From: Paraspadella gotoi
Taxonomy: Eukaryota > Animalia > Chaetognatha
Direction of reading: 5' to 3'
Assembly: GCA_051294375.1 (NCBI GenBank)
Contig: CM119268.1
Location: 18,368,005-18,432,004, forward strand
Length of the DNA: 64,000 nt
The position numbers and the translations under genes were made by a program. Positions 62,803 to 64,000 of this stretch are shown in pieces (the stretch's first letter is position 1; each line of letters opens with the position of its first letter). The notes under the pieces are model-generated. The model saw only the letters and a program-made list of their open reading frames with translations. It had not been told where the DNA came from and did not search any database.

Positions 62803-64000
62803 CCTTCTCATTGTTCTCTCCTTCATTAGTTCTTTCAATATTTACTTTCTCTCGCTCGACATTGTCTTTTTTCCACACGAATGAAAGACGTTGAGTCAAT
62901 AGACAGTAGCTACTGTTTTTTTGTTAAGATAAACTATAAACTATTGTTAAAAACTATGTTGGAGCACGCAAATCACCAGACGTTATCTCCTACATTTAAA
63001 ATTAAAACGTCTAAATGATATCTTTTGTAATTTTAACATTCGAAGTAAATGATTTAAACATACATTATTCGCCAAAATGTCTAATTCTGTCTATATACGC
63101 CATGCTGTGACTAAAACGTGAGCCACAACGTTAATGAGCAGCACTTCGCCCGTCGTTTTTTGACCTCACAGACCGACCTGACTTTGCAAGATGGTTCTCC
63201 AGAAAGCAACTTCCCTAGAGCGATTCTCTCTCTCTCTCCACTCCTCTATCTCCTCTCTCTTCTTCTGTTGCGGGTTTTTCTCTCATAAAAACAAACGCTA
63301 TACAGGGTTAAGCAGTCCATTATAATTCCATTTAGTAATAAAGGACGCGATTCCAATTTGACATTATTAAACTATATAGATAAATCATAAGGACAGAATG
63401 TGAATAAGCGAGACAAACATGATAGACGAGGACAACGCTTAAATCTAAAGAGAATTTAAGTATTAATTTCACAAATAATTTAAATATTCAACAAAAATAT
63501 ACCTCTGGTTGCATCATATAATCAAGAAAACCTTAGTTTCAATAAGTTTAATTCTCTTAAATACTACTTTGACAATAAGAGCTAGAATTGAGGTTGGAAA
63601 AATAAGGAACTTTAAACAATAGAAAGCAGGAATATTAAATCACGATTCTGACTCTAAATATAGGTTCGTTTCCTTGATTCGAACGGACGAGTTAACTCAG
63701 ATAAATCATTAAATATCTCTAACAATACCCGCTGTGCAAAGTGCAACATTATGGATTTTTGTTTAAAAGCAAGTTGGGACAGCGATCAATTCGATTCCAA
63801 AACAAGGAACAGTAGAATATCGGTAATAAAAACTTCATTAAATGAATTTCTTAAAACAAGCTTGGAATAAAATAATAAAAGTGATAATTTTACAAGTATT
63901 TACAATAAAACATTAAACGACAATTTCATCACATTTACTTCTCTGGATAATCTCACAGTCTTCATTGTCGATTTGCTTATTCAAGCAGAACTACTTTGGT

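Overview
AT-rich, microsatellite-rich eukaryotic (probably invertebrate animal) DNA from a draft assembly with N-gaps, flank duplications and some noisy stretches. A spliced minus-strand gene for a multi-GAF cyclic-nucleotide-phosphodiesterase-like protein runs from about 44.1 kb to beyond base 1. One intron holds a near-intact 10.7-kb Ty3/gypsy-like element (5528-16254, minus). It has an intact pol containing a degenerate OTU-like insert, an intact class III (herpes gB/chuvirus-like) env, and atypical CA...TG LTR ends. A decayed relative lies at about 714-4900. The main discovery is a set of small non-autonomous LTR elements: about 650-bp two-LTR copies plus 230-260-bp solo LTRs, with 4-bp TSDs, a PBS and a PPT. 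Their LTRs contain a circularly permuted (P5-type) twister ribozyme fold. The fold is supported by compensatory changes across three divergent families, and P1 is always a short palindrome, suggesting dimeric self-cleavage. These look like 'twister LTR-retrozymes'. All structure and homology calls were made by eye and need computational and biochemical confirmation. 45-64 kb is mostly non-coding simple-repeat DNA.
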